NCBI GenBank assembly: GCA_043228905.1
Contig: JBHGNT010000017.1
Span: forward strand, 17,236,001-17,300,000
Source: Azolla caroliniana
Lineage: Eukaryota > Plantae > Polypodiophyta
Direction: 5' to 3'
DNA length: 64,000 nt
Shown here: positions 1 through 13,393 of the stretch, in pieces
Layout of the letters: every line of letters starts with the position of its first letter
Numbering within the stretch: the first letter of the stretch is position 1
Made by a program: the position numbers and the translations under genes
Notes under the pieces: generated by a model
The model's input: only the letters and a program-made list of their open reading frames with translations
Database searches by the model: none
Told to the model about the DNA's origin: nothing

Positions 1-1195
1 GTGAAGGTGTCAAGATCCTTCCTTTTGGTCGCCTTGGAGGGGTTTTGTAGACTATCTTGAATCTTGTTGGCGAACGCATCGAACTTGGATGCATCAGTGA
101 TTTGTTGGAGTAAAGAATCATCCTGCAACATACAAGTGGCAAAAAGATGCAATTGGTCGGGTTTCAACAAACGTCTAGATTGTTGAGCATAAGCAGCATC
201 CCCAGGGCGTAGTGCAAGGTCAGCTCGGCGAGAAAGGGCATCAGCATTCCCATGTTGGCCACCAGGTCGAAATACGATCTCAAAATCGTAGTCGGCAAGA
301 AATGTCGACCAACGGGCCTGCCTTCGATTCAAAGTACGAGTGGTGGAAAAATAAACTAAATTTTTATGATCAGTCACTACCTGGACAAGATGTTGTGCGC
401 CGGCCAAGTAGGGTCGCCATTCTTCAAAGGTAGCAATGATAGCAGCAAGCTCCATGTCGTAAATGGGATAATTGATTTCGGATGCCGTAAATTTTCGGGA
501 ATAGTAAGCCACTGGGTGCATTAGGTTGTTGTCGTCTGCCTGGGATAAGATGGCGCCAATGGCAAAGTCAGAGGCATTGGTTTCGACTTGGAAGGGTTTT
601 GTGGGGTCGGCATGTAGCAGCACCGGGGCAGTGATGAATGCGTGTTTGAGTGAGTCGAACGCATTTTGTGCCTCCGAGGTCCATAAAAATGGAGTGCCTT
701 TATGGGTGAGAGCGATAAGAGGTTGTGCTAGGGTGGAAAACCCCTTGATGAAGCGACGGTAAAAATTCGCGAAGCCGAGGAAGGATTGCACATCTTTAAG
801 TCGCCTTGGAGTCGCCCACGCCTGAATGACAGAGACCTTCTTCATATCCATGGTGATGCCAGTGGGCGAAATGATGTAGCCTAGAAATTCGATCGAGGTA
901 TGGTCGAACTTGCATTTCTCGCCTTTGGCATAAAGGCCATGCTCGCGAAGTTTGGCAAGAACTAATCGGACTTGGCGAGTGTGCTCCTCCATGTTTGGCG
1001 AGAAAATGAGAATATCATCGAGGTAAATGACAACAAAAAGATCAAGATATTCTCGGAAAATATCGTTCATCATATGTTGAAAAACTGCGGGAGCGTTAGT
1101 AAGACCAAAAGGCATTACCTTGTATTCGAAATGCCCATACCGTGTTCGAAATGCGGTTTTCCATTCATCCCCCGGCTTGATGTGTACTAGATTGC
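1..1195 (-). mobile_element. Ty3/Gypsy (chromovirus-like) pol fragment, RT plus RNase H; frame open to the window edge
   Basis: Manual minus-strand translation gives NLVHIKPGDEWKTAFRTRYGHFEYKVMPFGLTNAP...VIYLDDILIFS...QSFLGFANFYRRFI...ETNASDFAIGAILSQ...VTDHKNL. The RNase H catalytic D is changed to N (ETNASD). Confidence 0.93.
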
Positions 1196-1501
1196 ACTCC
1201 TCACCGGGTCTGCACCATCCGGCTCTCTGTAGTCGGGTACTCCTCATCCGGTTCTCACCGGGTCTGCGCCATCCGGCTCTCCATAGCCGGGTACTCCTCA
1301 TCCGATTCTCACCGGGTCTGCGCCATCCGGCTCTCCGTAGCTGGGTACTCCTCATCCGGTTCTCATCGAGTCTGCACCATCCGGCTCTCTGTAGCCGGGT
1401 ACTCGTCATACGGTTTCAGCCTCGGCCTATCGGCCTTGGCCGACTTTGTTCATCAACACTGTTCTTCTCCCTTCCCATCTGGAGGGACCTGTCTCCCAAC
1501 A
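1196..1501 (-). repeat. 3' LTR fragment of Copia A with ~57-bp CCGG-rich tandem units
   Basis: Starts TGTTGGGAGACAGGTCCCTCC directly after the PPT GAAGGGGGAGTT; about four 57-bp units. Confidence 0.85.
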
Positions 1502-2655
1502 AACTCCCCCTTCACTCCGGCATGGGGTGTCTTACTAGTCCGATCCTCTTCCGGCATGCATCCAACTTGTCGGGTATCAGCACTTTGGTCAGCATATCTG
1601 ACCCGTTCTCGGCCGTGTGGATCTTCGTCAGTGCGAACTCCTGGTCATCTACTCTTTCCCGGATCCAGTGATATCTTCGCTGGATATGCTTCGTCCGGGA
1701 ATGGTAGGCCGCATTCTTAGCAAGATGGATGGCACTTTGACTGTCGCAATAGAGTCGGTATTCATCTTGCCGGATACCGAGCTCTCCGATGAAGTCCTTC
1801 ATCCATAATATTTCCTTGCTGGCTTCCACAACCGCCATGTACTCCGCTTCCGTGGTTGACAATGCAACCGTCTTCTACAGCCTCGACTGCCACGAGACAG
1901 CTCCCCCTGCATATGTCATTACATACCCGGATGTAGACCGGCTGGTATCCACATCAGCCGACATGTCCGAATCGGTGAAACCGTCAAGTTGAGGTTTTCC
2001 GGAGCCGAATCGGAGACACATATTTGAAGTGCCCTTCAAATACCGGAGTATCCATTTGACCGCGTTCCAGTGCTCCTTGCCGGGATTGCTCATGAACCGG
2101 CTCACCACTCCGACTGCGTATCCTATATCCGGTCGGGTACACACCATTGCGTACATCAAGCTCCCGACGACAACAGAGGCATATGGAATCTTCATCATAT
2201 CCGCCTTCTCTGCTTTCGTCTTCGGGCTTTGCTTACCGGATAGCCTGCAGTTTGCCAGAAGTGTCGATCCGACCGGTTTCGCATCTGACATGTTGAACCG
2301 GTGAAGCACCTTTGTCACGTACTTCTCCTGTGACAGCCATAATTGCTTCACTGACCGGTTCCGGATAATATGCATCCCCAGCATCTGTTCTGCCGGACCC
2401 AAGTCTTTCATTGAGAAGGTGAGGGCCTTCTTCAGCATCCGTATTTTGACTTGGTCCCGTCCGACGATCAACATGTCATCCACGTACAGAAGGAGATTCA
2501 GGAAGTCGCCTCCTTCAAACTTCTTCACAAACACGCAGTGATCGGCCTGCGTCTTGTGGTACCCTTGATCGGCCATGAAGGAGTCGAACTTCCGGTACCA
2601 TTGACGGGGAGCCTGCTTCAACCCGTAGAGGCTCTTCTTCAACCGGCAAACCAGG

Positions 2656-3164
2656 TGTCATGAAAACAACATTTTGGTTATCAAGAATCGAACCCACGAC
2701 TTCTTGGTCTATGTGTTGAACCCTTAACCATTGTAATAACATATATGTTGTGTGATTATAATAATTATGTTTCTAGTTATTACAAGATATTAGAATATTC
2801 TAGAACATTCTAGAACATTCTAGATTATTCTAGAACATCCTTTAATATTTCATGATTATATTTCTTATCATAAAATCTAAAATATTCTAGAACATTCTAG
2901 ATTACTCCATAAGGACCTATAAATAATTGTCTATACATTCGTTTCAACTCATTCGGTTCAGTTATCATAAAATATTAAAGGATGTTCTAGAATAATCTAG
3001 AATGTTCTAGAATGTTCTAGAATATTCTAATATCTTGTAATAACTAGAAACATAATTATTATAATCACACAACATATATGTTATTACAATGGTTAAGGGT
3101 TCAACACATAGACCAAGAAGTCGTGGGTTCGATTCTTAATAACCAAAATGTTGTCTTCATGACA
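2656..3164. mobile_element. 509-bp foldback LTR-like insertion with 201-bp terminal inverted arms
   Basis: Ends TGTCATGA...TCATGACA. TSD CCAGG at 2651-2655 and 3165-3169. Arms 2656-2856 and 2964-3164 differ at 3 positions. It interrupts the Copia A RT region. Confidence 0.95.
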
Positions 3165-6049
3165 CCAGGTGCTCCTTCCCTTTCTCCACAAATCCCTCCG
3201 ACTGCTGCATGTAGATCTCCTCTTCGAGGTCGCCGTGAAGGAATGCCGTCTTCACGTCTAGCTATTCTACCTTGAGGTCCATGCTTGCCGCCATACTCAG
3301 CACCGTCCGGATGGAGGTCATCTTTACTACCGGGGCAAATATCTCGTCGAAGTCCACACCCTTCTTCTGCTGGAACCCCTTCACCACGATCCTGGCTTTG
3401 TATCTCAGGGGGTTGACGGCATCTCCCGGTTTCAACTTGTACACCCACTTGTTTCGGAGTGCCCGCTTTCCTTTCGGCAACTCCACCAATTCGTACGTAT
3501 GGTTCACATGCAGGGAATCCATCTCATCCTACATGGCACTTAACCATTTGTGGTTGTGGGTGTCATCCTTTGCTTCTTCGAAGCTTTCCGGCTCCCCCTC
3601 ATCGGTCAGCAGAACATGCTCTGCATCCGGAAATCTCCGGGGCGCCCTTCTCTCTCTGAGAGGATATCTCCATCTTCGGGCTTCGGTAACCGGCTCCTCC
3701 ATTTTCTCTTCATCTGAATCTGATTCGGGGTCTTGGCCGGTTCCGGTTTCAGCTTCCTCTACTTCTTCTTCAGCCTGTTCGGTATCCTCACCGTAACCGG
3801 CTGGTCCCTCAAGTGCTAACTGGTCTCTTGCCGGTTGGATCTGCTCATCGTAGAGTCGATCCTTACCGGTCGACTCGGAGTTCATTATCTTCTTCTCCGA
3901 CTCCCAGTCGGCGAGCGTCTTGTCCTCCATGAAGATAATATCTCGACTCCGGAATACCTTCTTGTCGACCGGGTCCCACACTCGGTAGCCGAACTCATCG
4001 TCACCGTAACCGAGGAATATGCATGGCCGGGTCTTTGGATCTAACTATCCTCTCCGGTCCTTAGCTACATGCACGTACGCGAGACACCCGAATACCTTCA
4101 GATGCCGGTAGGATACTTCCTTACCGGTCCATACTCTATGTGGCGTGTCTCCGTCCAAGGGTACTGAGGGTGATCTATTTATCACATATGTCGCCGTCGA
4201 CAATGCCTCAGCCCAAAACTTCTTGGGTAGTTTTGCATGCGCTAGCATGCTCCGAACCCTCTCCATTATAGTCCGGTTCATCCTCTCGGCCAGTCCGTTT
4301 AGTTCCGGTGTCTTCGACACGGTAAATTCTCCTCCGGTATTCTCCTCCGTTATCTGCTCGAACAACCTTCAGCTTCCGACCGGTTTCTCTTTCCACTCTC
4401 GCGTGGAGCTCTTTGAAGACGGATAGCACCTGATCCTTCGTCTTCAACGGCGTGGCCCACAACTTCCGGCTGTGGTCATCTATGAACGTCACGAAGTACT
4501 GTGATCCTGCATGTGACTTCATGTCCACTTGACACACATCAGTATGCACCAACTCCAGTGGTGCGTTACGTCTCATCGGTGGCCTTGGTCGGAAGGAGGT
4601 CTGGTTTTGCTTATCGGCCAGACAATCAGTGCACTTCTCCAAGTGCACGTTCTTCACTGGAATGAGGTTGTCGTCTGCAAGCCTCTTCATCCCCTTCTCG
4701 CTCATATGACACAACCTCTTGTGCCACAGCTCACCGGTAGTGTCGGATGCCACGTTCACTTCTTCTTCCGGACATAACCGGGCATTCATCAGGTACAGTG
4801 TGTTGACGTTCCAGGCCCGAGCCACAATCAGGCTCCCTTTACTGAACTTCATGACACCGTTCGAGATGCTACCCGTGTAGCCTTCATCATCTAGCCGACC
4901 GACTGATATCAGGTTCAGACGAACCTCCGGAACGTGTCGGACATCCTTCAGTAGCAACTTGCATCCGGTTAGTGTTATCAACCACACGTCTCCTATGCCG
5001 ACAATTCGGCATGTTCCTTCATTCCCCATCCGGACACAGCCGTGATCACCGGCTGAGTAGGATGAGAAGCATTTCCGGTCCGGGGTAAGGTGGAACGACG
5101 CTCCGGAGTCGACCACCCAGGTCATCTCGTCGCCTGCAAGGTTTATCTCACTCTCCTCGATGATGAGCATCAACTCTTCGTCACTTGCCGCGATTGCCGT
5201 CGTCCCCTTCCGGTCCGTTCCCCTCCGGTCTTTACCGTTCCGGTCCGGTATCCGCTTCGAATCGGTACCATCGGTTTCCTTGTCCTTTCGGAAATGCCGA
5301 CAGTTCTTCTGGAAGTGTCCCGGCTTGCCGCAATAGAAGCAAGTAGGTCTCCCCCTTGACTTTGACCGTGTCCTCGACTTTTCCCGGTTCTGGGGACTAT
5401 GGTTTCTTTGTCTTCCATGTTCCGATTCGGTAAGGAGCGCTTTGGAGTCGGAGCTTGTATCTTTATCTTTCCGACGCGCCTCCTCATCTAGCAAGCTCGA
5501 CTTTACTCTTGCTAGGGATAACCGCTTTCCTTCCGGCCCGGCGTTGCCCAAAGTGACAACCAACGTCTCCCAGCTATTCGAGAGGGAACCTAGCAGGAGT
5601 AGCGGTAGTACCTCGTCGGCGAGAGGTACTTCCAATGATGTTGCCTGGTGTATCAGCCCCTGGAAGGCATTCATGTGCTCCGCCATGCTGGAGCCATCTT
5701 GGTACCGGAGTCTTACTAGCTTCCGGAATACCGAAACCTGATTAACAACATTTTTGTTTTGAAACATTATGCCGATCTTCTCCCAGAGCTCATGAGCCTT
5801 GCTCTCTTCATTGAAGTTGTTGTACATGCTCATGTCGATGAAGCACCGTATGTACGCCGTTGTCTTCATGTGCATCACCTCCCATATCGCGGCGTCGATT
5901 TTGTCCGGTCTCTTGTCCCCGAACTGAACCGGCAGCCAGAGGTCTTTAACCAGGAACATGTCCCTCATCTTCGACTTCCACACCGAATAGTTGGAGCCGG
6001 TGAGCTTGAACATGCCTCCCAACGAATCGTCCATTTTCTATGTCGTTTC

Positions 6050-6061
6050 GCTTTGATACCA
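6050..6061 (-). promoter_or_regulatory. Primer binding site (tRNA-iMet type) of Copia A
   Basis: TGGTATCAAAGC on the minus strand, 3 nt from the LTR end and just upstream of the gag ATG at 6034. Confidence 0.85.
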
Positions 6062-6064
6062 CTT

Positions 6065-6335
6065 TCCAGGAACTGCACGCTCCCTATACGCAACGCTCGG
6101 CCACAACCGAGCTTAGAATCATACACAAGAAACGGGAAATAAATGCACGACACAAAGAAGAGAAGAGTACACAGGATGTTTACGTGGAAAACCCCAAACT
6201 AGGGAAAAAACCACGGCAGCCCACATGCTGCAAACTATCAGTATGTTAGAATGTACAACAGTGAGTTCACGGAGGCAACGACCTCGTGCTCACGATCTTC
6301 GCCACAGGCGGCGGTTTCAACAGAGGCAACGACCA

Positions 6336-6372
<37 letters not shown>

Positions 6373-6487
6373 CACGGTTACGCGCTCTCTTCCTTCTTGC
6401 ACCAACAAGAATAATAAGAACACTAAAAGTTTGCCCTAAGTCATATTTATACTAATATGACTTTTCGGCTATTTACAAATATAGCCA
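6065..6487 (-). repeat. 5' LTR fragment (TATA-R-U5) of Copia A
   Basis: Homologous to 8227-8849 and 15268-15893 (GTATAAATATGACTTAGGGCAAAC, GA microsatellite, GTGGTTTTT...GGGTTTTCCACGT). Confidence 0.88.
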
Positions 6488-7259
6488 TGATGGACGAATC
6501 AGAGACAATTGATTCGAACAAGAGCTGGAATGAATCAGAGACAATCGATTCAGTTCAACAGACAGATTCGGAAGAATAGGATCAATTCAAGGCCAAGAGG
6601 ACGAGAAGGCAGCAAAAGTCGACACCAACACGAAGGAATCGGTGAACCTGCACGCGTCGAAGTCACAACAGCGAGGGAGTTGAATTGGGCCTGTTGAGCA
6701 GACAAGCCGACCAAGGAGGTCGAGGTGTGCAGAACAAGAGGGTTCACGGCAAACAGAACCGGACTGGACGAGGAGTGTGAGCAAGGCGGAGTGACGCCAG
6801 AAGGAGCTGAGCAGAAGGACCGGTTGCCACAGACGTTGACACTACGACCGGACCTCAAGTTGAGCTTGAGGGGGAGTGTTGAGCGGCAAGCTCAATTGGA
6901 GCCGGATCGGCTGGATAAGCCTGAGCCAGTGAGCAAAAGAGCCGGTGAGCTGGGGAGCCGGTTAGCCGAATCCATCAGTAACCGGAAGCCTAGTAGCAGC
7001 TAGACTACTAGGGAGTTATTACTCTCGTAGTTAGTGTCAGATGCTCGAGTGAGCATTGATGTACACCGTACTTTTGTCAGTCAGTATGGACCTATATAAA
7101 AGTGTTCGCTGAACACATATGATGTACAGAGCGTTGATATAATTTTTGAATAGAGATTCTTGTTCTCTCTCTCTCTCTCCCGCTTATTGTTAAGCTCTCC
7201 ATTAAACCTGTTCTCTGTTTTTTGTTTTTTATTGCTTACGCACGCTATTTGCTTTTACA
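6488..7259 (+). mobile_element. 3' end and LTR (6877-7259) of a Copia family-B element
   Basis: Homologous to about 12580-13393; PPT TTGAGGGGGAG followed by TGTTGAG...TTTTACA. Confidence 0.85.
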
Positions 7260-8226
7260 ATCCGGCAAAGAGACATGTCGATTACGGATTACACCACCAA
7301 AATAAAGGAGATTTGTGATGCACTCGGGTCCATCAACGTGACTGTGGACGAAGACGAGATGGTACAAATCTGCCTTGGTGGTCTAGCGCAAAGGTATGAG
7401 CCAATCCAGACAATGATATGCACCCGGGAGAAGCCACCGTCCTTCTTCGACTTACAACCAATGTTGATGGTCGAAGAAAACCACGCGAGCGGGTCGAGGA
7501 CCACTCAATCGGACAACCGAATGCTGTACACAGAGTCGGATTGGCCCCGTGGACGTAGAGGACGAGGTGGGTCGGCACGCAATGGAGACGGCTGGCAAGA
7601 GTAGGACCGAAGGCACAGAGACAGTGCCGACAGTAGTTCTGGATCCCTCCACAAGCAGGGGGAGTCAAAGCGGCACCGGAAGCCGACAAGGAAAAGCCGA
7701 CACGGAATGCTGGTATTGTGGCAAAAAGGGCCACAGGGAAAGCGAGTGTTGGAAGAAGCGTGTTGATTCGGACAAATCCGGATCTGGCAAGGCCGGTCAG
7801 GAGGATCCATAATCGGGAAGACTGGTAAAGGGCCAACCTTCGTGATAAAGCACAAGCCTAACTCGATGAAGAAGACCACTTCCAAATCAAAGGAAGTATG
7901 GTATGTTGATTCTGGAGCGTCCAACCACATGACGAGCCATGAAGAGTGGTTCTCCTTTTTGGAAAAACTGGAATAACCGGGAATCGTTGAAACCGGAGAC
8001 AACACCCCTCACCCGATTGTGCATGTCGGAGAAGTCCGTTTGAGCCATGTCAGACAGAAGGGGAAGCTGATGAATGTACTACATGTTCCGACTATGACAA
8101 AGAACCTGGTGTCGGTTGGATAAATCGTCGACTAGGGGATGCAGGTGCGGTTTACGCACCTTGGGTGCTTCATCGAGGAAGAAGGCCGGATAATTGCGCA
8201 AGGGCGTAGAGAAGGGAGGATGTTCA

Positions 8227-8849
8227 TGTTAGTAAACAGGTCCCTCCGGATGGGAAGTGAGAAGAACAGTGTTGATGAGCAAACTCGGCCGAGGCCTAAA
8301 CCGGATGTGGAGTACCCGACAACGGAAGGCCCGGTGAGAACCGGATGACGAGTGCCTGGCAAGAGTTGGATGGTGAAGGCCCGATGAGAAGTGCTCACCG
8401 GATGAAGGGACATATTCATAAATATGTTTATGAGAGTCCATCGGGGCTATATTTGTAGATAACCGAAAAGTCATATTAGTATAAATATGACTTAGGGCAA
8501 ACTTAATAGATAATGTTGATATTCTTGTTGGTGCAAGATTAGAGTGCGTAACTGTGCATAGAGGGAGAGAGAGAGGAAGAGGTCGTTGCCTTTGTTGTAA
8601 ACGCCGCCTGTGGCGAAGATAGCAAGGTCGAGGTCGTTGCCTCGGTGCTTTACTATTGTACATTGTGATATAGTGATAGTTTGCAGTCTGTGGGCTGCCG
8701 TGGTTTTTTCCCTAGTTTGGGTTTTTCCACGTTAACATCCTCTGTACTCTTCTCTTCACTGTGTCGTGCGTACCTTACCCGTTTTCTGTGTTTGATCCTA
8801 GACTCGGTTGTGGCCGAGCGTCGCGCTTAGGGAGCATGTATTCTTGTCA
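8227..8849 (+). mobile_element. Solo LTR (Copia A-type), 623 bp
   Basis: TGTTAG...TGTCA, TSD GTTCA at 8222-8226 and 8850-8854. Removing it restores the host reading RMFILNTN. Confidence 0.95.
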
Positions 8850-11589
8850 GTTCATCCTCAACACAAATGACGTCGGCACCGCCATGTTTGCCACATGACA
8901 AAAGATTGAATCGGACATCGATCTCTGGCACAAACGGATCGGCCACGTCAATTACCGGAGGCTTCAAGACCTGCAATGAAACATGTTGTGTTCGGATTGC
9001 CGAAATTCAGTGGCCGGAAGGCCCAAATATGTGAAGCCTACCAACTCAGGAAGCAACACCGGCTTCCATTTCCCACTGAACGAAACCGGAGCCGTAACAA
9101 GCTTGACCTAATCGATTTGGATGTATGGGGACTGGCACAGAACGTTAGTCTTGACGGGAGTCGATACTTCGTCTCCTTCATCAACGACTACAGCTGACAC
9201 ACGTGGATCTACCTCATCGAGAAGAAAAGTGAAGTCTTCGACTGTTTCCGGAACCTTCAAAGTTTAGTCGAAAGGGAAACGAAGAGGAAGATCAAGTGCC
9301 TACGGCCGGATGGCGGAAAAAAATACTTTTCTGGCTAATTCAACAGTTATCTGCAGCATAACGGAATTCGGAGAGAATTTAGCTGCAGATACACACCGGA
9401 GCAAAATGGTGTGGCCAAAAGGAAGAACTGGCCAATTGTTGACGCGGCAAGGGCAATGTTGGAGGAGAAAAGCATGCCCCAAACCTACTGGGCTGAGGCG
9501 GTCCGAACGGCCGTCTACATCCAAAACCGGATTGGAGACAAGGTGTCAGCACATGAGTTGTATTTCAGGTGGAAGCCGAATTTGAGACACCTAAAAAAAT
9601 ATTCGGTAGCATAACATATATGCATGTACAGGATGAGAAGCGGAAGAAGCTAGATCCGAAGTTGGATAAGTGCATCCTAGTCGGTTACTCGTATGAGCAA
9701 AAGGGGTATAAGTGTTATAACCCCTGGACGAAGTAGGTCCGAGTAAGCAGAGATGTTGAGTTCGACGAGATGACATCGTGGTACTCTCTACCGACTTCGA
9801 CTTTCGACTCCGGCCCAATCCCAGAGGATGAGGCCAGTGAGCCTGAACCGGTCCAGACAAAAGATGACAAGCTTGAGACTCTAGAAGAGAGTATGGAATC
9901 GTTTTGGTTGAGCGGACCGAACAAGCGACTAGGTCAAAGTGACCAATCGGATGAGGAACCGACGAGTAGTGGAGACTCTACCGTGCTCTCCCCGAGCAAG
10001 TAACCGAGGAGACGGTTCATGCGTAAAGAGAAAGGGAAGAAGAAGATGTCGGAATATGAAACCGGCAACGTTGAGTCGGATTGGAGCGAATACGACTCCA
10101 GAAAGGATGAAGGTGGATCTTCGGGAACGAAGTCCGAACCGGCCAAGAAGGGCCCCAAACCGGGTGATGACAAGTTACGTCGGTCTTCCCGCCAGAAGAA
10201 CCCCGTTACGCGGTACAGGTACAATGAGTACATGGCGCATCACTATGCGTACGTGACTAAGGTGGCGGAAGTGAGTGAGCCAGAGAGCTACGCAGAAGCG
10301 GCAAAGGACACAAATTGGTGTGCCGCTATGGAAGAAGAAATGTGGGCACTCGATGCCAACGACACATGGGACCTCGTTGACCCTCCCCGACACTGTAAAC
10401 AGATCGGTTGCAAATGGGTGTACAAGGTAAAGTACAGTGCCGACGGTTCGGTTAACCAATACAAGGCCCAGTTAGTGGCGAAGGGATATGCACAGACCCA
10501 CGAAATCGACTATGACGAGACCTTTGCTCCGATAGCAAAGATGACGACGGTTCGTGTGGTACTGGTGGTTGTTGCGGCAAGGGGATGGCATCTTCACTAG
10601 ATGGACGTGAAGAATGCGTTTCTTCAAGGTGACCTTGAAGAACGGGTCTATATGATCCAACCTCCCGGTTTTCAGTCGAAGATGAACAAGTCGACGGTGT
10701 GCTGGCTTAAGAAGTCGCTTTACGGTCTGAAATAAGCCCCCGAAGCTTGAAATGCACCGGTTGCGTAAGATGGGGTTTGTAACTTCTAAATCTGACTTAT
10801 CGTTGTTCATCCGGCAAGGTTCAGACGGTCCAGTTTGCATCTTGATTTATGTAGATGATTTAGTCATCACCGGACCCGAACTCAATGAAATCGACTGAGT
10901 GAAGTCCTAGCTGTTGGACGCATTTGAGATGAAGGACGTAGGGGACCTTCATTATTTCCTTGGGATCGAGGTGATCCAAACCCCCGATGGCATATTGCTC
11001 TCACAACGCCATTATGTGTTGAATATGTTGTACAAGTTCGGCATGATGGAATGCCGACCGATCTCCACACCCCTGGACCGGAACTAGAAGCTCCATCCTG
11101 GCTCCAGACTGCCCTGCGATGAGTAACGCTTCTGACAAATAGTCGGAAGCCTGATATACTTGACTATCACCTGACCCGACATCAGTTATCCGGTCGGAGT
11201 GATCAACCAATTGATGTAGAAGCCGATCGTCGAGCACCTTCAGTGCGCACACCGGATACTCTGGTATGTTAGCGGCACGAAGGCTTGGGGACTGTTATAC
11301 CGGCATGGTATAACTGAAGAGCTAGTCGGATACACATATGCCGACTGGGCTAATGATGCATCGGACCACCGATCCACCTCTAGTTACATGTTTTCTCTTC
11401 GTAGCGTGATTGTTGCGTGGAGCAGCAAGAAGCAGACAACATTGGATATGTCGAGTACTGAGGCTGAGTACTAGGGCGCTACCAATGCCACCTGTGAAGC
11501 CATCTGGCTTCGGCGACTATTGCGAAATCTTCGGATTGAGGTGCCGACCTCGATCTTGATCCACTGTGACAACATGAGCAACATACAAC

Positions 11590-12097
11590 TGTTACCCCAT
11601 ACGAGATGTACGGAGAGTCAATGTGATGAGCGAGGGTCAAATGTTATCATGATGATTGTTGTGTGTGTGTGTAGGGGGCATAAATGTAATTGTGAGTTGA
11701 TACGTATGTGAACACATGCACACGTGTGTGCATGTGGATGGATACGAGGAGGTGTGAGTGAGTGTCCAGTATGAATGCTCTAGGGGGCTTACACCCCTTT
11801 GTATCTACCCCCTCTTGTACTATTTAACCCCTTTATGGGGAATGAATGAAACATATAATCATTTTCTCTCTCTCTCTCTCTCTCTCTCTTGTCATCTCTC
11901 TTTCTCTCTCTCTCCCCCTCAACGTTGAATCCCCCACCCCGCAATGCTTCTCAAATGCACATGATCTCTCTCGCCATCAATCTCATACTCATCATCATTT
12001 TTACCATTACATTATGTCTATCTTCATTATCAATCTACCATCATTGCTAGCCCTATTCTTATCATTATCATTAACCCTAACCCTAAAACCTACAACA
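11590..12097 (+). mobile_element. Solo LTR of an unrelated family, 508 bp
   Basis: TGTTACC...CAACA, TSD ACAAC at 11585-11589 and 12098-12102. Removing it restores IQLAKNPVFHAR. Confidence 0.92.
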
Positions 12098-13393
12098 ACA
12101 ACTTGCCAAGAACCCTGTATTCCATGCTCGAACAAAGCACATAGAAGTGCATTATGACTTTGTTCGTGAGCAAGTCCTGAGCAGTATGTTCAGACGAATC
12201 GGCAAGTTGTCGACATCTTCACCAAACCTCTCGAATTGGACAAGTTGCAACACTTCACCGAAATGCTTGGTGTTCAACATCTCGATGTGCCGCACTTGAG
12301 GGGGAGAACGGGCAAAGGCAAAGAAACCGGTGCCATAATGAGCAAAGGCAAAGAAACTGCTGACAGCACCAGACAAGGAACCGGAAAGGGAAGAACCAAC
12401 AAAGGGGGAGACAAGAGAAAAAAGGAAGCCGAGTCGATGAAGGAAGTCGGCACATCCGAACAAGTCAGAACGAGCGGCAGTGGCGGCAAAGTCAAGAAGG
12501 ACAGAGCCGACCGGAAGGAGAAGGCCAAGACCGGACATGGTTTGATGTGGTGAAGGGCCTGAAACCAGAAGACGAGTTGGAGAACACCGACTCGGACAAG
12601 AGCCGGAATGAATCGGGAGCGACTGATTTAGACAAGGACTGGAAAGAATCGGAGATAGCCGATTCTCTTCAACAGTTGGATTCGGAGGAGCCGGATCAAC
12701 TAAAGGCCAAGCGGACACAGACGCAACGGAAGTCGACGCCAACACGAAGGAACCGACAGGTCGACAAGCGTCGGAGTCGTAACAGCAAGGGAGCTGAAAT
12801 GGGCCTGGTGAGCAGACAAGCCGACCGAGGAGGTCAAGGTGCGCAGAACTAGAAGGGTCGTGGCAAACAGGACCGGACGGTACGAGGAGCGCGAGCAAGG
12901 CGGAGCAATGCCAGAAGGCTGTTGGGGACACTAACACCACAATTCGACCTCCAGTTGAGCTTGAGGGGGAGTGTTGAGTGAGCAAGCTTAATGGGATACG
13001 GATCAGCATCTGGATCGGTATCCGGAAACAACCGGCCGTATCGAGGAGACGGATCGGAGAGCCGGATTCGAGCGGGAACCGAAAGCCTAGTAGTAGCCTA
13101 GAATACTAGGTAATCATTGTCTTGTAGTTAGTGTCAGTTGCTCATATGAGCATTGAAGTACTTGTCAGTACTTCTGTCAGTCCTTTATGGACTTGTATAA
13201 ATAGTGTTGTTATAGCACATTGTATGTACAGAGTTTTAGAGTTATTTTGAATCTACGTTTACGTTCTGCTCTCTTTGTCTCTCTCGTGTATACTCTTTGT
13301 ATATTAAGCTTCTCCATTAAACCTTCATCTTATTCTCTGTTGCTATCCGGTTGAGCCGGTTCTGTCTAACGCTTCCGCACGTTAACTTTTACA

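Larger units (their letters stand above)
1196..6487 (-). mobile_element. Decayed Ty1/Copia element (family A) with both LTRs truncated
   Basis: gag-PR-INT-RT-RH pieces in ORFs 4208-6034, 4045-4365, 3529-3981, 3262-3522, 1875-2642 and 1512-1862 (CFYCGKPGHFQKNC, VVDSGAS, LLYVDDML). Stops at about 1875, 3529 and 4045; deletion in integrase at about 4325. PPT 1502-1513, PBS 6050-6061. Confidence 0.95.
7260..13393 (+). mobile_element. Decayed Ty1/Copia family-B element (5'-truncated gag through RH, 3' LTR 12972-13393)
   Basis: KIKEICDALGSINV, CWYCGKKGHRESECW, WYVDSGASNHM, KWVYKVK...FAPIAK, IYVDDLV, AKNPVFHARTKHIEVHY, with many stops and frameshifts. PPT at about 12961-12971. Confidence 0.93.

Noticed and set aside
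1120-1671. 183-aa repetitive ORF
   Set aside because: Antisense read-through of the 57-bp LTR tandem repeats.
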